A stretch of 21,032 nucleotides of DNA from an uncultured Methanosarcinaceae archaeon (GTDB lineage: Archaea; Halobacteriota; Methanosarcinia; Methanosarcinales; Methanosarcinaceae): contig CAVRJG010000018.1 in NCBI GenBank assembly GCA_963721455.1, positions 1 to 21,032 on the forward strand, written 5' to 3'. The first letter of the stretch is position 1, and each line of letters begins with the position of its first letter. The notes under the pieces are model-generated. The model was not told the origin of the DNA. It ran no database searches and worked only from the letters and a program-made list of their open reading frames with translations. Made by a program: the position numbers and the translations under genes. Positions 1 to 8,209 of the stretch are shown piece by piece.

Positions 1-129
1 TCAATACCTGATCGCAGTTTACGTTCTCTATGAGACTCAGAAACGTTTATCGCATAAAAATTCCCTCTTGTATATGAAATAAGTTTTCAGACAGGTTTCT
101 CCAGGTGGGCCTTAAACATAGGTGATTCC

Positions 130-936
130 GTGGTATCAGAAAAGATCTCCAGGAAAACCGCCGCAAAAGAAGAATTGCTCCTCATTCTCCCGAAAATAGA
201 TAGTCTCTTCGAGTCAGAGCCTGCAGTGCTTCGAATTAATTTTGAACCGATAATGCTTGTTGGGGATATTCACGGAGACATGCAGTCCCTTGAATTCATA
301 ATAGGAAAAAGAGAAGAAATAAACTGTAAAAATATTCTTTTTCTCGGGGACTATGTGGATAGAGGACTTCAGGGTGTCGAGGTTCTTTTAAGGCTTTTCG
401 GAATGAAAATTGAAGACCCAAAGCATATTTTCCTGCTCCGGGGGAATCACGAAAGTGTGGACATGAACCTATACTATGGCTTTTTTGAGGAAATAGATTT
501 AGATCAGGGGTTTCTCTTGAGGGTCAGCCGGACATATGATAAGATGCCGGTAGCAGCGGTACTTTCAGAGCACACGTTCTGTGTACATGGTGGGATTGAC
601 GGAACCGGGAATATTGATACTATAAGGAAAGAAGAATCTTTTCCCTATCTCTGGAACGACCCCTCGAAACGTCCAGGGCTCACCACTTCAACCAGAGGTT
701 CGACTGTAAAGGAATTCGGGCCTGACATCATAGACGGCTTTTTAGAGACAAATAATCTAAAAAGAATAGTAAGAGGCCATACAGCCCTTGAAAAAGGATA
801 TAAGTGGTGGTTCGACGGGAAACTGCTCTCCCTCTTTTCCTGCCCTGACTACGTCGGACTCGGGAATGCTGCTGCTTTTGCCCTGTTTGAGAAAGGAGAG
901 ATAAAACTGTTTTTTTTCGGAAACCAGGATGAGTAA
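130..936 (+). CDS. PPP-family Ser/Thr protein phosphatase (calcineurin-like metallophosphoesterase)
   Basis: Signature motifs GDIHG, GDYVDRG, LRGNHE, VHGG, LWNDP, RGH and FSCPDY. GTG start preceded by an AGGTGA RBS. Confidence 0.92.
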   Translation: MVSEKISRKTAAKEELLLILPKIDSLFESEPAVLRINFEPIMLVGDIHGDMQSLEFIIGKREEINCKNILFLGDYVDRGLQGVEVLLRLFGMKIEDPKHIFLLRGNHESVDMNLYYGFFEEIDLDQGFLLRVSRTYDKMPVAAVLSEHTFCVHGGIDGTGNIDTIRKEESFPYLWNDPSKRPGLTTSTRGSTVKEFGPDIIDGFLETNNLKRIVRGHTALEKGYKWWFDGKLLSLFSCPDYVGLGNAAAFALFEKGEIKLFFFGNQDE

Positions 937-1084
937 AAGAAAATTTACTCATGTTGAATCTTTACTTGCCGCTAAAATCCGGTTGGCAGTATGTCCCGGT
1001 CTGAAGTTAAAAGTAAAAAAGAAATGCCGGAAATGGATGTTATATTAATCAGGAAACCTGATACATAAGACCCGGATTATTACT

Positions 1085-2272
1085 TTAATCCAGGATAATC
1101 CAGGTTTCGGTCATTTTGCTTCCTATGTCTGGGTCGAGCTGCATGGCCTTCATATACTGAATTTTGGCTTCGTCAAACCGCCTCATCTTTCTCATAAGAA
1201 GACCGTAACTGTAGTGAAGAGGAGGATAATAAGGGTTCAGGACAAGAGCTTTCTTATATTCATCCTCGGCTTCGGATAATCGCCCAATTTCCGAAAGAAG
1301 GTTTCCGTAGCTGTAATGTCCCTCGGCACTTTCAGGGTCCAGATGGAGAGCTTTTTTGTATTCCATTTCAGCTTCATACCGCCTTCCAAACCGGGCCAGG
1401 AGATTGGCATAATTGGAATGGACCTTTGCATCGTTTTGATCAAGGGCAAGGGCTTCCATGTACTGCGCTTCGGCTTCTGAAACCCTGCCTTCTCTTGCAA
1501 GGAGGTTTCCGTAGTTGAAGAGAGTCCGCCTGTGTCTTGGATTAAGGGAAAGGGCTTTTCGGTATTCGATTTCTGCTTCTGAGGAACGCCCCAGGAAAGA
1601 GAGTAGGACTCCGCAGTTGTGGTGAAGGCTCGGGTCTTCAGGGTCCAGCTTCATTGCAAGCCTGTATTCCTTTTCGGCATCCCTGAGCCTCCCGAGTTCA
1701 AAAAGCAGGTTTGCATACCCGCCTCTTGCAGGGACATAATCAGGATCAACAGCAAGCGCCATCGAGTAGTATTTTTCTGCCTCCCTTACATATCCATATT
1801 CGGCTAAGAGATAAGCATACCCTGCATTCGCTTTTACATGCTGTGGGGAGGTTTCAAGTACCGTTTTATATTCATTTTCAGCTTCCTGGGTCTTCCGGAG
1901 TTCCAAAAGAAGTTCGGCATATGCACACCTGACATCTGCATTGCCAGGATTTTCTTTTAGAATCTCCAGATAGCTTGTTTCAGCTTCCAGCGAAAAGCCC
2001 AGAACATGTGCTGCAGTACCCATCGCAAAGCAGGCGTCTTCACGGAGTTTTCCCGAAGCCTGTATGAAGCAAGCTTTTGCAAAAACATATTCTTCCATGA
2101 GCATTTTCTGCTGCTTGCATGCATTGGAGAGGTCAAGCAAGAATTTGGGGGGAAAAGACTTTTTTTCCGTATGTTCCAGGGCAAAATCAACTGCAGAGCA
2201 CAGGTTTCTCTGGTCGGATCCGATTATCCCAACAATATTATATACAAAGTCGTCAATTGCATCGAAGTCCAT
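1085..2272 (-). CDS. Tetratricopeptide-repeat (TPR) protein
   Basis: About 8-9 tandem 34-aa repeats of the form YANLLxxxGRxxEAExEYKKALxLDP in a 395-aa intact ORF. Confidence 0.92.
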   Translation of the reverse strand: MDFDAIDDFVYNIVGIIGSDQRNLCSAVDFALEHTEKKSFPPKFLLDLSNACKQQKMLMEEYVFAKACFIQASGKLREDACFAMGTAAHVLGFSLEAETSYLEILKENPGNADVRCAYAELLLELRKTQEAENEYKTVLETSPQHVKANAGYAYLLAEYGYVREAEKYYSMALAVDPDYVPARGGYANLLFELGRLRDAEKEYRLAMKLDPEDPSLHHNCGVLLSFLGRSSEAEIEYRKALSLNPRHRRTLFNYGNLLAREGRVSEAEAQYMEALALDQNDAKVHSNYANLLARFGRRYEAEMEYKKALHLDPESAEGHYSYGNLLSEIGRLSEAEDEYKKALVLNPYYPPLHYSYGLLMRKMRRFDEAKIQYMKAMQLDPDIGSKMTETWIILD

Positions 2273-2751
2273 ATATCCGGCACCTCAGAAAAGTAAATGC
2301 CTTTTTTTAGGGAATGGGTTAAGCCATCAGTGTAACATCCGGAGTATATTTTACATTTGATAGAATATATTAGTGCGTGAGTAGTGCGTAAAATCTCAGG
2401 TGTAATATTAGTTCATTAATAGTGCGCTAGGTTACGAACGTAATATTATAACAATCGTATAACAGACTATCCCCTTATATCGTTAAATAAAACAGCTGCC
2501 TGCTTAAAACAACAGTACTCTCCTGACAAAACGGGTTTTGCAGGCTAAAAATAGGCTTGTTAAAATAAGAAAATGTGCAAAAAATAAATATGTATCTATA
2601 AAAACATAATAATTAACGCCCCCGGTTAAAATGACAGGAACCAGTAGATAAATTAAAAATGAAGGGGAATAAATGGCACTGGCGGAGGAGTAAACCTGGA
2701 TTCGGCAAATAGAAGTTCAAGAAGGCAAATTCAAAATCAATAAAAAATATG

Positions 2752-2870
2752 TATCGGTTCTAAACGCATATCGGTTCTAAACGCATATCGGTTCTAAACG
2801 CATATCAGTTCTAAACGCATATAAGTTCTAAACGCATATAAGTTCTAAACGCGTATCAGTTCTAAATGTG
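2752..2870. repeat. 17-bp tandem repeat, 7 copies (TAT[C/A][G/A]GTTCTAAACGCA)
   Basis: Head-to-tail copies counted directly, with no spacers. Confidence 0.95.
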
Positions 2871-2930
2871 CATCATTTTTCTTTCTCTTTTCCATCTACA
2901 GTTTCATTGGTTCTGCCCTGAACTTAACGG

Positions 2931-3141
2931 TAAAGCTGAGAATGCTGGTAGATGTGTAATACTTGTAGATCCAAAGAATACTTCTAAGATGTGTTCAAAT
3001 TGTGGTATGTTGGTAGAAAAAGACCTATCAGAAAGAACTCACAACTGTCCTTTCGGTGGATTATCTATCAACCGTGATATTAATTCTTCCAAAAATATTC
3101 TCAGATTGGGATCACAATCTGTTCGTAGAACCGATAGATGA
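2931..3141 (+). pseudogene. tnpB: IS200/IS605-family TnpB C-terminal fragment (zinc ribbon and RuvC-III region)
   Basis: KAENAGRCVILVDPKNTSKMCSNCG...RTHNCPFGGLSINRDINSSKNIL matches the TnpB pattern (V.P..TS..C..CG; C..CG...DRD.NAA.NI) in degenerate form. The N-terminal part of the protein is absent. Confidence 0.85.
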
Positions 3142-3169
3142 CCCTCATTTCAATGAGGGGAATAGTCAC
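3142..3169 (+). mobile_element. IS200/IS605 right end (subterminal hairpin plus TCAC terminus)
   Basis: CCCTCATT-TC-AATGAGGG is a perfect 8-bp hairpin directly after the tnpB stop and is followed by GAATAG-TCAC. Confidence 0.75.
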
Positions 3170-3231
3170 TAGCAGCTAACCTTTAGTACTACTAATAAAC
3201 ATTAATCATTATCCAATAAATATCCGAAGTT

Positions 3232-3651
3232 TTGAAAATGACCAGCATGTTTCTTAAACTCTTCTCTGTTTTCCTGATTATTCCTTTTATCGAGATTTAT
3301 CTGCTTATCAAAATAGGAGGAATTATTGGGGCCTTGAATACGGTACTTATTATCCTGATAACTGCAAGTCTGGGGGCATACCTGGCAAAAAGCCAGGGCT
3401 TCCGCGTGCTCCGCGAGATCCAGGAAGCAACGAACAGGGGATATGTGCCTGGAAATGAACTCCTACACGGGCTCTTCGTGTTAATTGGGAGCTTTGCCCT
3501 TCTAACTCCGGGTTTCCTGTCCGATATAATAGGACTCTCCATGCTGATACCTCAGATCAGGGAAATCTATGTAGGAATAGCAAAAGGGGTCATAAGAAAA
3601 AAGATAGAAAGAGGCCAGTGGCAAATGAAGATGTACACGAATTTCAGATAA
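3232..3651 (+). CDS. fxsA: FxsA family membrane protein (true start may be ATG at 3238 or 3247)
   Basis: FLIIPFIEIYLLIKIG...TASLGAYLAKSQG...LLTPGFLSDIIG matches the FxsA pattern. Confidence 0.88.
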   Translation: MKMTSMFLKLFSVFLIIPFIEIYLLIKIGGIIGALNTVLIILITASLGAYLAKSQGFRVLREIQEATNRGYVPGNELLHGLFVLIGSFALLTPGFLSDIIGLSMLIPQIREIYVGIAKGVIRKKIERGQWQMKMYTNFR

Positions 3652-3692
3652 TCCGTAAAAAATCCATACGAAACACAGGTACAGTTTTCCCG

Positions 3693-3774
3693 CCCGAGTT
3701 CCGCTTCCCGAGTTCCGCTTCCCGAGTTCCGCTTCCCGAGTTCCGCTTCGGAGTTCCGCTTCCGGAGTTCGCTT
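3693..3774. repeat. 14-bp GC-rich tandem repeat (CCCGAGTTCCGCTT), 4 perfect and 2 degenerate copies
   Basis: Counted directly in the fxsA-lrgB convergent intergenic region. Confidence 0.9.
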
Positions 3775-3877
3775 CGGGAGCACGGGGTCCGTTTCACTCG
3801 CTCTGCTCGCTCAAGCGGACTAATTTATAAAGTTCAGTTTTCAGTGTTTTCCGTGCCCTCCGCGCCCTCCGTGGTTA
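3775..3877. repeat. REP-like intergenic elements (…CACTCGCTCTGCTCGCTCAAGCGGACTA; TTCCGTGCCCTCCGCGCCCTCCGTGGTT)
   Basis: Short internally repetitive GC-rich motifs in AT-rich intergenic DNA. They resemble dispersed intergenic repeats I recall from Methanosarcina genomes, but dispersal cannot be verified from this window. Confidence 0.45.
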
Positions 3878-4043
3878 GAGACAATAAAGTGAGTTGGAAC
3901 CACTGAAAGCACCTGCAACCCGGAAGAAAGGAAATATGGGTACAGATTTTCCGCACCTTCATGTATGGGATCTTAAAATAATAAATTCACGTCTAAAAAT
4001 ATAATTTTCCCTTATTTTTGTATTCATTATTCATCGGATTTTT

Positions 4044-4079
4044 CTGAGATTGCATGTATTCCTGAGACTGCATGTATTA
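4044..4079. repeat. 18-bp direct duplication (CTGAGA[T/C]TGCATGTATT[C/A]) just downstream of lrgB
   Basis: Two adjacent copies with 2 mismatches. Confidence 0.7.
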
Positions 4080-4087
4080 TAGAAACA

Positions 4088-4804
4088 TTAAGACACGAAC
4101 TTGAAAAGATAAAGCAGCAGGGGAACCAAAAAAACCGTAATCAACCCTGCGATTCCTATCGCAAGCCCGCTCATTGCCCCTTCGGTTTCTCCAAGTTCTA
4201 TTGCCCTCGTTGTTCCAAGAGCATGAGATGCAGTGCCGATTGCAACGCCGACTGCGACTTTGTCTTTTATCCGGAAGCAGCGGCAGATGAACGGCCCCAG
4301 GACAGCACCTGCGATTCCGGTAATTACGATTGCAGTTACTGTTATTGCAGGCAGGCCTCCTATCTGTTTTGAAATCTCGATTCCTATAGGGGTAGTTACG
4401 GATTTGGGAGCCAGAGATTTACTTATGACCTCGTCAAGCCCTAAAAGGCTGGAAAGGGCCAGGATGCTTGAAATTCCAGCTATACAACCTGCACTTATGC
4501 CTGCAAGGATCGGAAGGGCATTACTTTTCAGCAACCGGATTGTTTTATAAAGAGGCACTGCAAGAACCACGGTCGCAGGCCCGAGAAAGAAGGAAATGTA
4601 ATCTCCTCCAAGGTTGTAAGTCTCGAAATCGATTCCGAAATAAAGGAGGAAAACCATTACAAGTACGGACGCCACAAGCAGCGGGTTAAGGATGGAAAGC
4701 CGGGTTTTCTTATACAGCAGAGTGCCTACCTGGAAAGCTGTTAAAGAGAGTAAGACCCCGAACAGGGGCGTATGGAGAAATTCTTTCAGAAAATATATCT
4801 GCAC
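4088..4804 (-). CDS. lrgB: LrgB/CidB family membrane protein
   Basis: Motifs LGPATVVLAVPLY, SLAPKSVTTPIG and GTASHALGT in a hydrophobic 238-aa ORF directly downstream of cidA/lrgA. Confidence 0.93.
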   Translation of the reverse strand: MQIYFLKEFLHTPLFGVLLSLTAFQVGTLLYKKTRLSILNPLLVASVLVMVFLLYFGIDFETYNLGGDYISFFLGPATVVLAVPLYKTIRLLKSNALPILAGISAGCIAGISSILALSSLLGLDEVISKSLAPKSVTTPIGIEISKQIGGLPAITVTAIVITGIAGAVLGPFICRCFRIKDKVAVGVAIGTASHALGTTRAIELGETEGAMSGLAIGIAGLITVFLVPLLLYLFKFVS

Positions 4805-4805
4805 C

Positions 4806-5264
4806 TCAGTTCACCTCTTCTGCCCTATCATTCAGACCTTTGCTTTGCCGGTTTATTTCAGATGAGCTTCCATTTCCCCCGAAACAAGCTGCCTTTACCG
4901 GCTTTTTAACGAGGGACTTTTTAACGAGTTCCACTGTAAGCCCTGTTACACCGAGGGTTACAACGGTGGAAATAAGGGAGATTCCAAGAACTGCAGTCCA
5001 TTTTCCTTCAAGCAGGGCAAAACAGGTTATAAGGCTGACCCCTGCGGGAAGAAAGAAAAAAGCCAGGTTATCAAGCAAAAAATCACTTATTTTGCCTATC
5101 ATCTTGAGTTTAATTATGCCAGTATACAGGCCTAAGAAAAGGATGAGCATTCCCATGACGTTACCGGGAATCGGCAGCCCTGAGATTTTCTGAATCAGTT
5201 CGCCCAGGAAATATATGATCAGAATAATTGAGAACTCTTTTAGCAAGGTTTGTTTTTCCTCCAC
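4806..5264 (-). CDS. cidA: CidA/LrgA family holin-like membrane protein
   Basis: Motifs LPIPGNVMGMLILF and FFLPAGV. The stop lies 1 nt from the lrgB start. Confidence 0.9.
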   Translation of the reverse strand: MEEKQTLLKEFSIILIIYFLGELIQKISGLPIPGNVMGMLILFLGLYTGIIKLKMIGKISDFLLDNLAFFFLPAGVSLITCFALLEGKWTAVLGISLISTVVTLGVTGLTVELVKKSLVKKPVKAACFGGNGSSSEINRQSKGLNDRAEEVN

Positions 5265-5865
5265 CTGATTGAAATGGAACTACAAAATCTCCTTATATGT
5301 AATTTTTGGTTTACCAAAATGATCTAACGTTTTCTCTCTTCGTTTGATATAGTATAGGAAAAAATATTATTTACAATCAGAGTACACTTTTTGTTATTAT
5401 TTACCGATATCCTAGCTTAACGGCAGAAGCACATAGAAGAAGTATGAGTTTAAGAATTGGTCGCGTCCGTGAGTTATCGATCAAATCTGAAAAACGAGCA
5501 TGTCCCTCTTATGTTTGGGAAAAAGGTAGAACAATTCTCATGCTTACGATTTTCAGTAACTCACCTCTACGATCCATTGCACAGGATTAACACAAAATAA
5601 ATTTATTGATACTTGCCTGGGCAAATGATCGGGTTCAACAAAAATATAAAAATTACAAAAGCACCTGCGGAAAGACGCGAGCGGGTTAGGCGACTACCAG
5701 AGCAAATATGCACCATATAAATTGCATGGATTTTCACGGTTTTATAGTGAGAGCAGGGATACTGGCCAATCCATTAACTGCAGTTATTTGCCTTACTATT
5801 ACTTGTCTGACCAGCCCTTCACTCAGGATACTTATCTTGAAAACGACCGCCTATGGCATCACTGC

Positions 5866-6290
5866 TTATAGCCCAGCCACGGCCCAGCAAAGTTCACTCA
5901 TCGCAGCGCAGATATCTTTGATAATGTTGCTCATCTCGCTAAAAGGCGGAACAAATTCCTGACCGAACTCTATTGTGTAACCGTATACCTTCCTGTTCAG
6001 TCCGTCTACTATATGGCGGCTAAAGACGTAATCGTCTGACGTCGTTGATGTGGGGTAAAGCCCGACAGCCTGTTGAACGGTGTAGCTCTTACCACGGACG
6101 GCGGCCAGTGCGTCCTTCATACGGCGAGCCAGGTCTACAGCCGTGTCTTGATCCAGAGAGGGTATAAACTCTCCATAAAGCGTGCCATTCGGAACCCCGC
6201 GCTTTTCATCATACACAGGATTCAGGAAGTTTTGTCCAGGATCTGTAGCCTGGTTATCGTCATCTCCCCAGCTGTGCAGAATAACACAGT
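5866..6290 (-). pseudogene. M14 zinc carboxypeptidase C-terminal fragment (5'-truncated)
   Basis: LHSWGDD...LYPTSTTSDDY...YGYTIEFG...FVPP resembles the M14 C-terminus, including the catalytic Glu region. No N-terminal HxxE zinc-binding part is present because the iscS promoter region lies upstream. Confidence 0.65.
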
Positions 6291-6415
6291 TAAAATAAAG
6301 TTTTTTGCTAGAAGGGTTTCTCACGTCTTTTCAATATAAATAAAGCCTATTTACAAATTTCAGAGGGACAGAACTCAAGGAAACAGTATGTGACACAATA
6401 AATTCATATTGCGCA

Positions 6416-6438
6416 AACCCCTATTTTCATAGGGGGTT
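6416..6438 (+). promoter_or_regulatory. Stem-loop overlapping the iscS ribosome-binding site
   Basis: CCCCTAT-TTTC-ATAGGGG (6418-6435) is a perfect 7-bp stem. Its 3' arm is the G-rich RBS-like tract a few nt before ATG 6442. Confidence 0.45.
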
Positions 6439-6441
6439 CTG

Positions 6442-7632
6442 ATGGGAGAAAAGCGCTTTGTTTACATGGACCACGCAGCCACTACTTTCACAAAACCTGA
6501 AGTCGTTGAAGCTATGCTGCCTTTTTTGAAAGAACGTTTCGGGAATCCTTCTTCCCTGTACTCAATAGGAAGAGAAGGCAAAGAGGCAATAGAAGCCGCC
6601 CGTGAGCAGCTTGCAAAGGCTATAGGGGCGAATCCTGAAGAGATATATTTCACTTCAGGAGGGACCGAGTCCGACAACTGGGCTATCAAGGGAACAGCTT
6701 TTGCAAGGCAACAGAAGGGAAAACATATTATCACCACGCCAATCGAACACCATGCAGTGCTTTATCCCTGCAGGTATCTGGAAACAAAGGGTTTTGATGT
6801 GACCTATCTGCCTGTAGACAGGTACGGGCTTGCAGACCCTTCAGAGGTGGAAGCTACAATCAGGAAGGATACTATCCTTATCTCGGTTATGTACGCCAAT
6901 AATGAAATCGGGACTATAGAACCGATTCCTGAGATAGGTGAGATTGCGAAGGAGCATGGGATTCCTTTCCATACCGATGCCGTACAGGTTATAGGTAAAA
7001 TCCCCGTTGAGATGAAGAAGAAAGACAGGAGCGTGGATATGCTTTCCCTTTCTTCCCATAAGTTCTACGGACCGAAAGGGATTGGAGCCCTTTATCTGCG
7101 GGAAGGGACGGAGATCGATAATTACATGCATGGAGGCGGTCAGGAGCGCAAAAAACGAGCAGGAACCGAGAATGTCGCAGGTATCGTAGGCCTGGGGAAA
7201 GCAATCGAGCTTGCAGCAGCAAATCTTGAGAAGCACAATGAAAGGACAAGAAAAATGAAAGACCGCCTCCTTGCCGGAATCCTGGAAATTCCTGACTGCA
7301 GGTTGAACGGGCACCCGGAAAAGCGTCTTCCGGATAACCTGAACTTCAGTTTTGAGTATATCGAAGGCGAATCTCTGCTTCTCATGCTCGACCAGATGGG
7401 GATCTGCAGTTCCACAGGCAGCGCCTGTTCTTCAGGTTCTCTTGAACTCTCGCATGTGCTCAGGGCAATAGGGCTGCCTCCGGAAATAGCTCAGGGTTCC
7501 CTTCGCCTGACCCTCGGGGATGAAAACTCCGAAGAAGACGTTGATTATGTACTGGAAGTTTTGCCTGAAACCGTCGGAAAGCTGAGGGCTATGTCTCCTT
7601 TCTATAAACCGGCAACTGCATGTGAGAAATAA
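6442..7632 (+). CDS. iscS: Cysteine desulfurase IscS/NifS
   Basis: Motifs YMDHAATT, GNPSS, FTSGGTESDN, HTDAVQ, SSHKFYGPKG (PLP lysine) and STGSACSS (catalytic Cys). Confidence 0.97.
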   Translation: MGEKRFVYMDHAATTFTKPEVVEAMLPFLKERFGNPSSLYSIGREGKEAIEAAREQLAKAIGANPEEIYFTSGGTESDNWAIKGTAFARQQKGKHIITTPIEHHAVLYPCRYLETKGFDVTYLPVDRYGLADPSEVEATIRKDTILISVMYANNEIGTIEPIPEIGEIAKEHGIPFHTDAVQVIGKIPVEMKKKDRSVDMLSLSSHKFYGPKGIGALYLREGTEIDNYMHGGGQERKKRAGTENVAGIVGLGKAIELAAANLEKHNERTRKMKDRLLAGILEIPDCRLNGHPEKRLPDNLNFSFEYIEGESLLLMLDQMGICSSTGSACSSGSLELSHVLRAIGLPPEIAQGSLRLTLGDENSEEDVDYVLEVLPETVGKLRAMSPFYKPATACEK

Positions 7633-7669
7633 GTAGAAAGCGTATGAGAATGTAGAATGGGGGAATTTT

Positions 7670-8059
7670 GTGTATAATAAAAAAGTCATGGACCATTTCA
7701 TGAACCCGAGAAACGTAGGGGAAATTGAAGATGCTGACGGAATTGGAGAAGCCGGAAACCCACATGGGGACTACATGAAAATTTTCCTGAAAATCCGGGA
7801 TGACAGAATAGAAGATGTGAAGTTCAAGACTTTCGGCTGTGCAGCAGCAATTGCATCCAGCAGCATGGCAACTGAACTGATAAAAGGCAAGACCCTTAAA
7901 GAAGCCTGGGAGCTTACAAACGAAGCAGTCGCCGAAGCCCTTGAGGGGCTGCCTCCCGGAAAACTGGAGTGCTCAGTCGTTTCCAGGGAAGCTATCCACA
8001 GGGCAATCAACGAGTACCGCAAAAAGCAGGGCCTTGAACCCCTTCCAGAGCAGAACTGA
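7670..8059 (+). CDS. iscU: IscU/NifU-type Fe-S scaffold protein with an atypical ligand set
   Basis: Motifs VMDHFMNPRNVG, FKTFGCAAAIASSS and LPPGK, adjacent to iscS. The first conserved Cys is absent (GNPHGD). Confidence 0.92.
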   Translation: MYNKKVMDHFMNPRNVGEIEDADGIGEAGNPHGDYMKIFLKIRDDRIEDVKFKTFGCAAAIASSSMATELIKGKTLKEAWELTNEAVAEALEGLPPGKLECSVVSREAIHRAINEYRKKQGLEPLPEQN

Positions 8060-8209
8060 AAGTAAACTCGAACCCTGCAGGTTTACTGAGAAGCCGTAGG
8101 CCTGCTGAGAAGTTAATTACCTTATCTAAATCCATTCAATGAGATAGTTGGAAAGCCTCCCATATCCCCTTATCGTAAACTTGATCTGGTATCCTTGAGA
8201 TGATACCTT

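Noticed and set aside
2752-2870. 17-bp repeats as a CRISPR or mini-array associated with TnpB
   Set aside because: The units are contiguous with no unique spacers, are too short for CRISPR repeats, and no cas genes are present.
2866-3141. 91-aa ORF as a functional TnpB or small nuclease
   Set aside because: The first ~22 codons are unrelated upstream sequence, most of the RuvC and all of the N-terminal domains are missing, and a zinc-ribbon Cys is lost.
3502-3830. ORFs with repetitive peptides (EAELGKRNSGSGTR)
   Set aside because: These are translations of the 14-bp tandem repeat, whose unit is not a multiple of 3, and they overlap fxsA.
4088-5264. cidA/lrgB as a prophage lysis cassette
   Set aside because: No phage genes are nearby, and CidA/LrgB pairs are widespread chromosomal membrane or transport modules.
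5424-5590. Short open frame (…MSLRIGRVRELSIKSEKRACPSYVWEKGRTIL…) upstream of cidA
   Set aside because: It is under 60 codons with no motif I recognise, so it cannot be supported without a database search.
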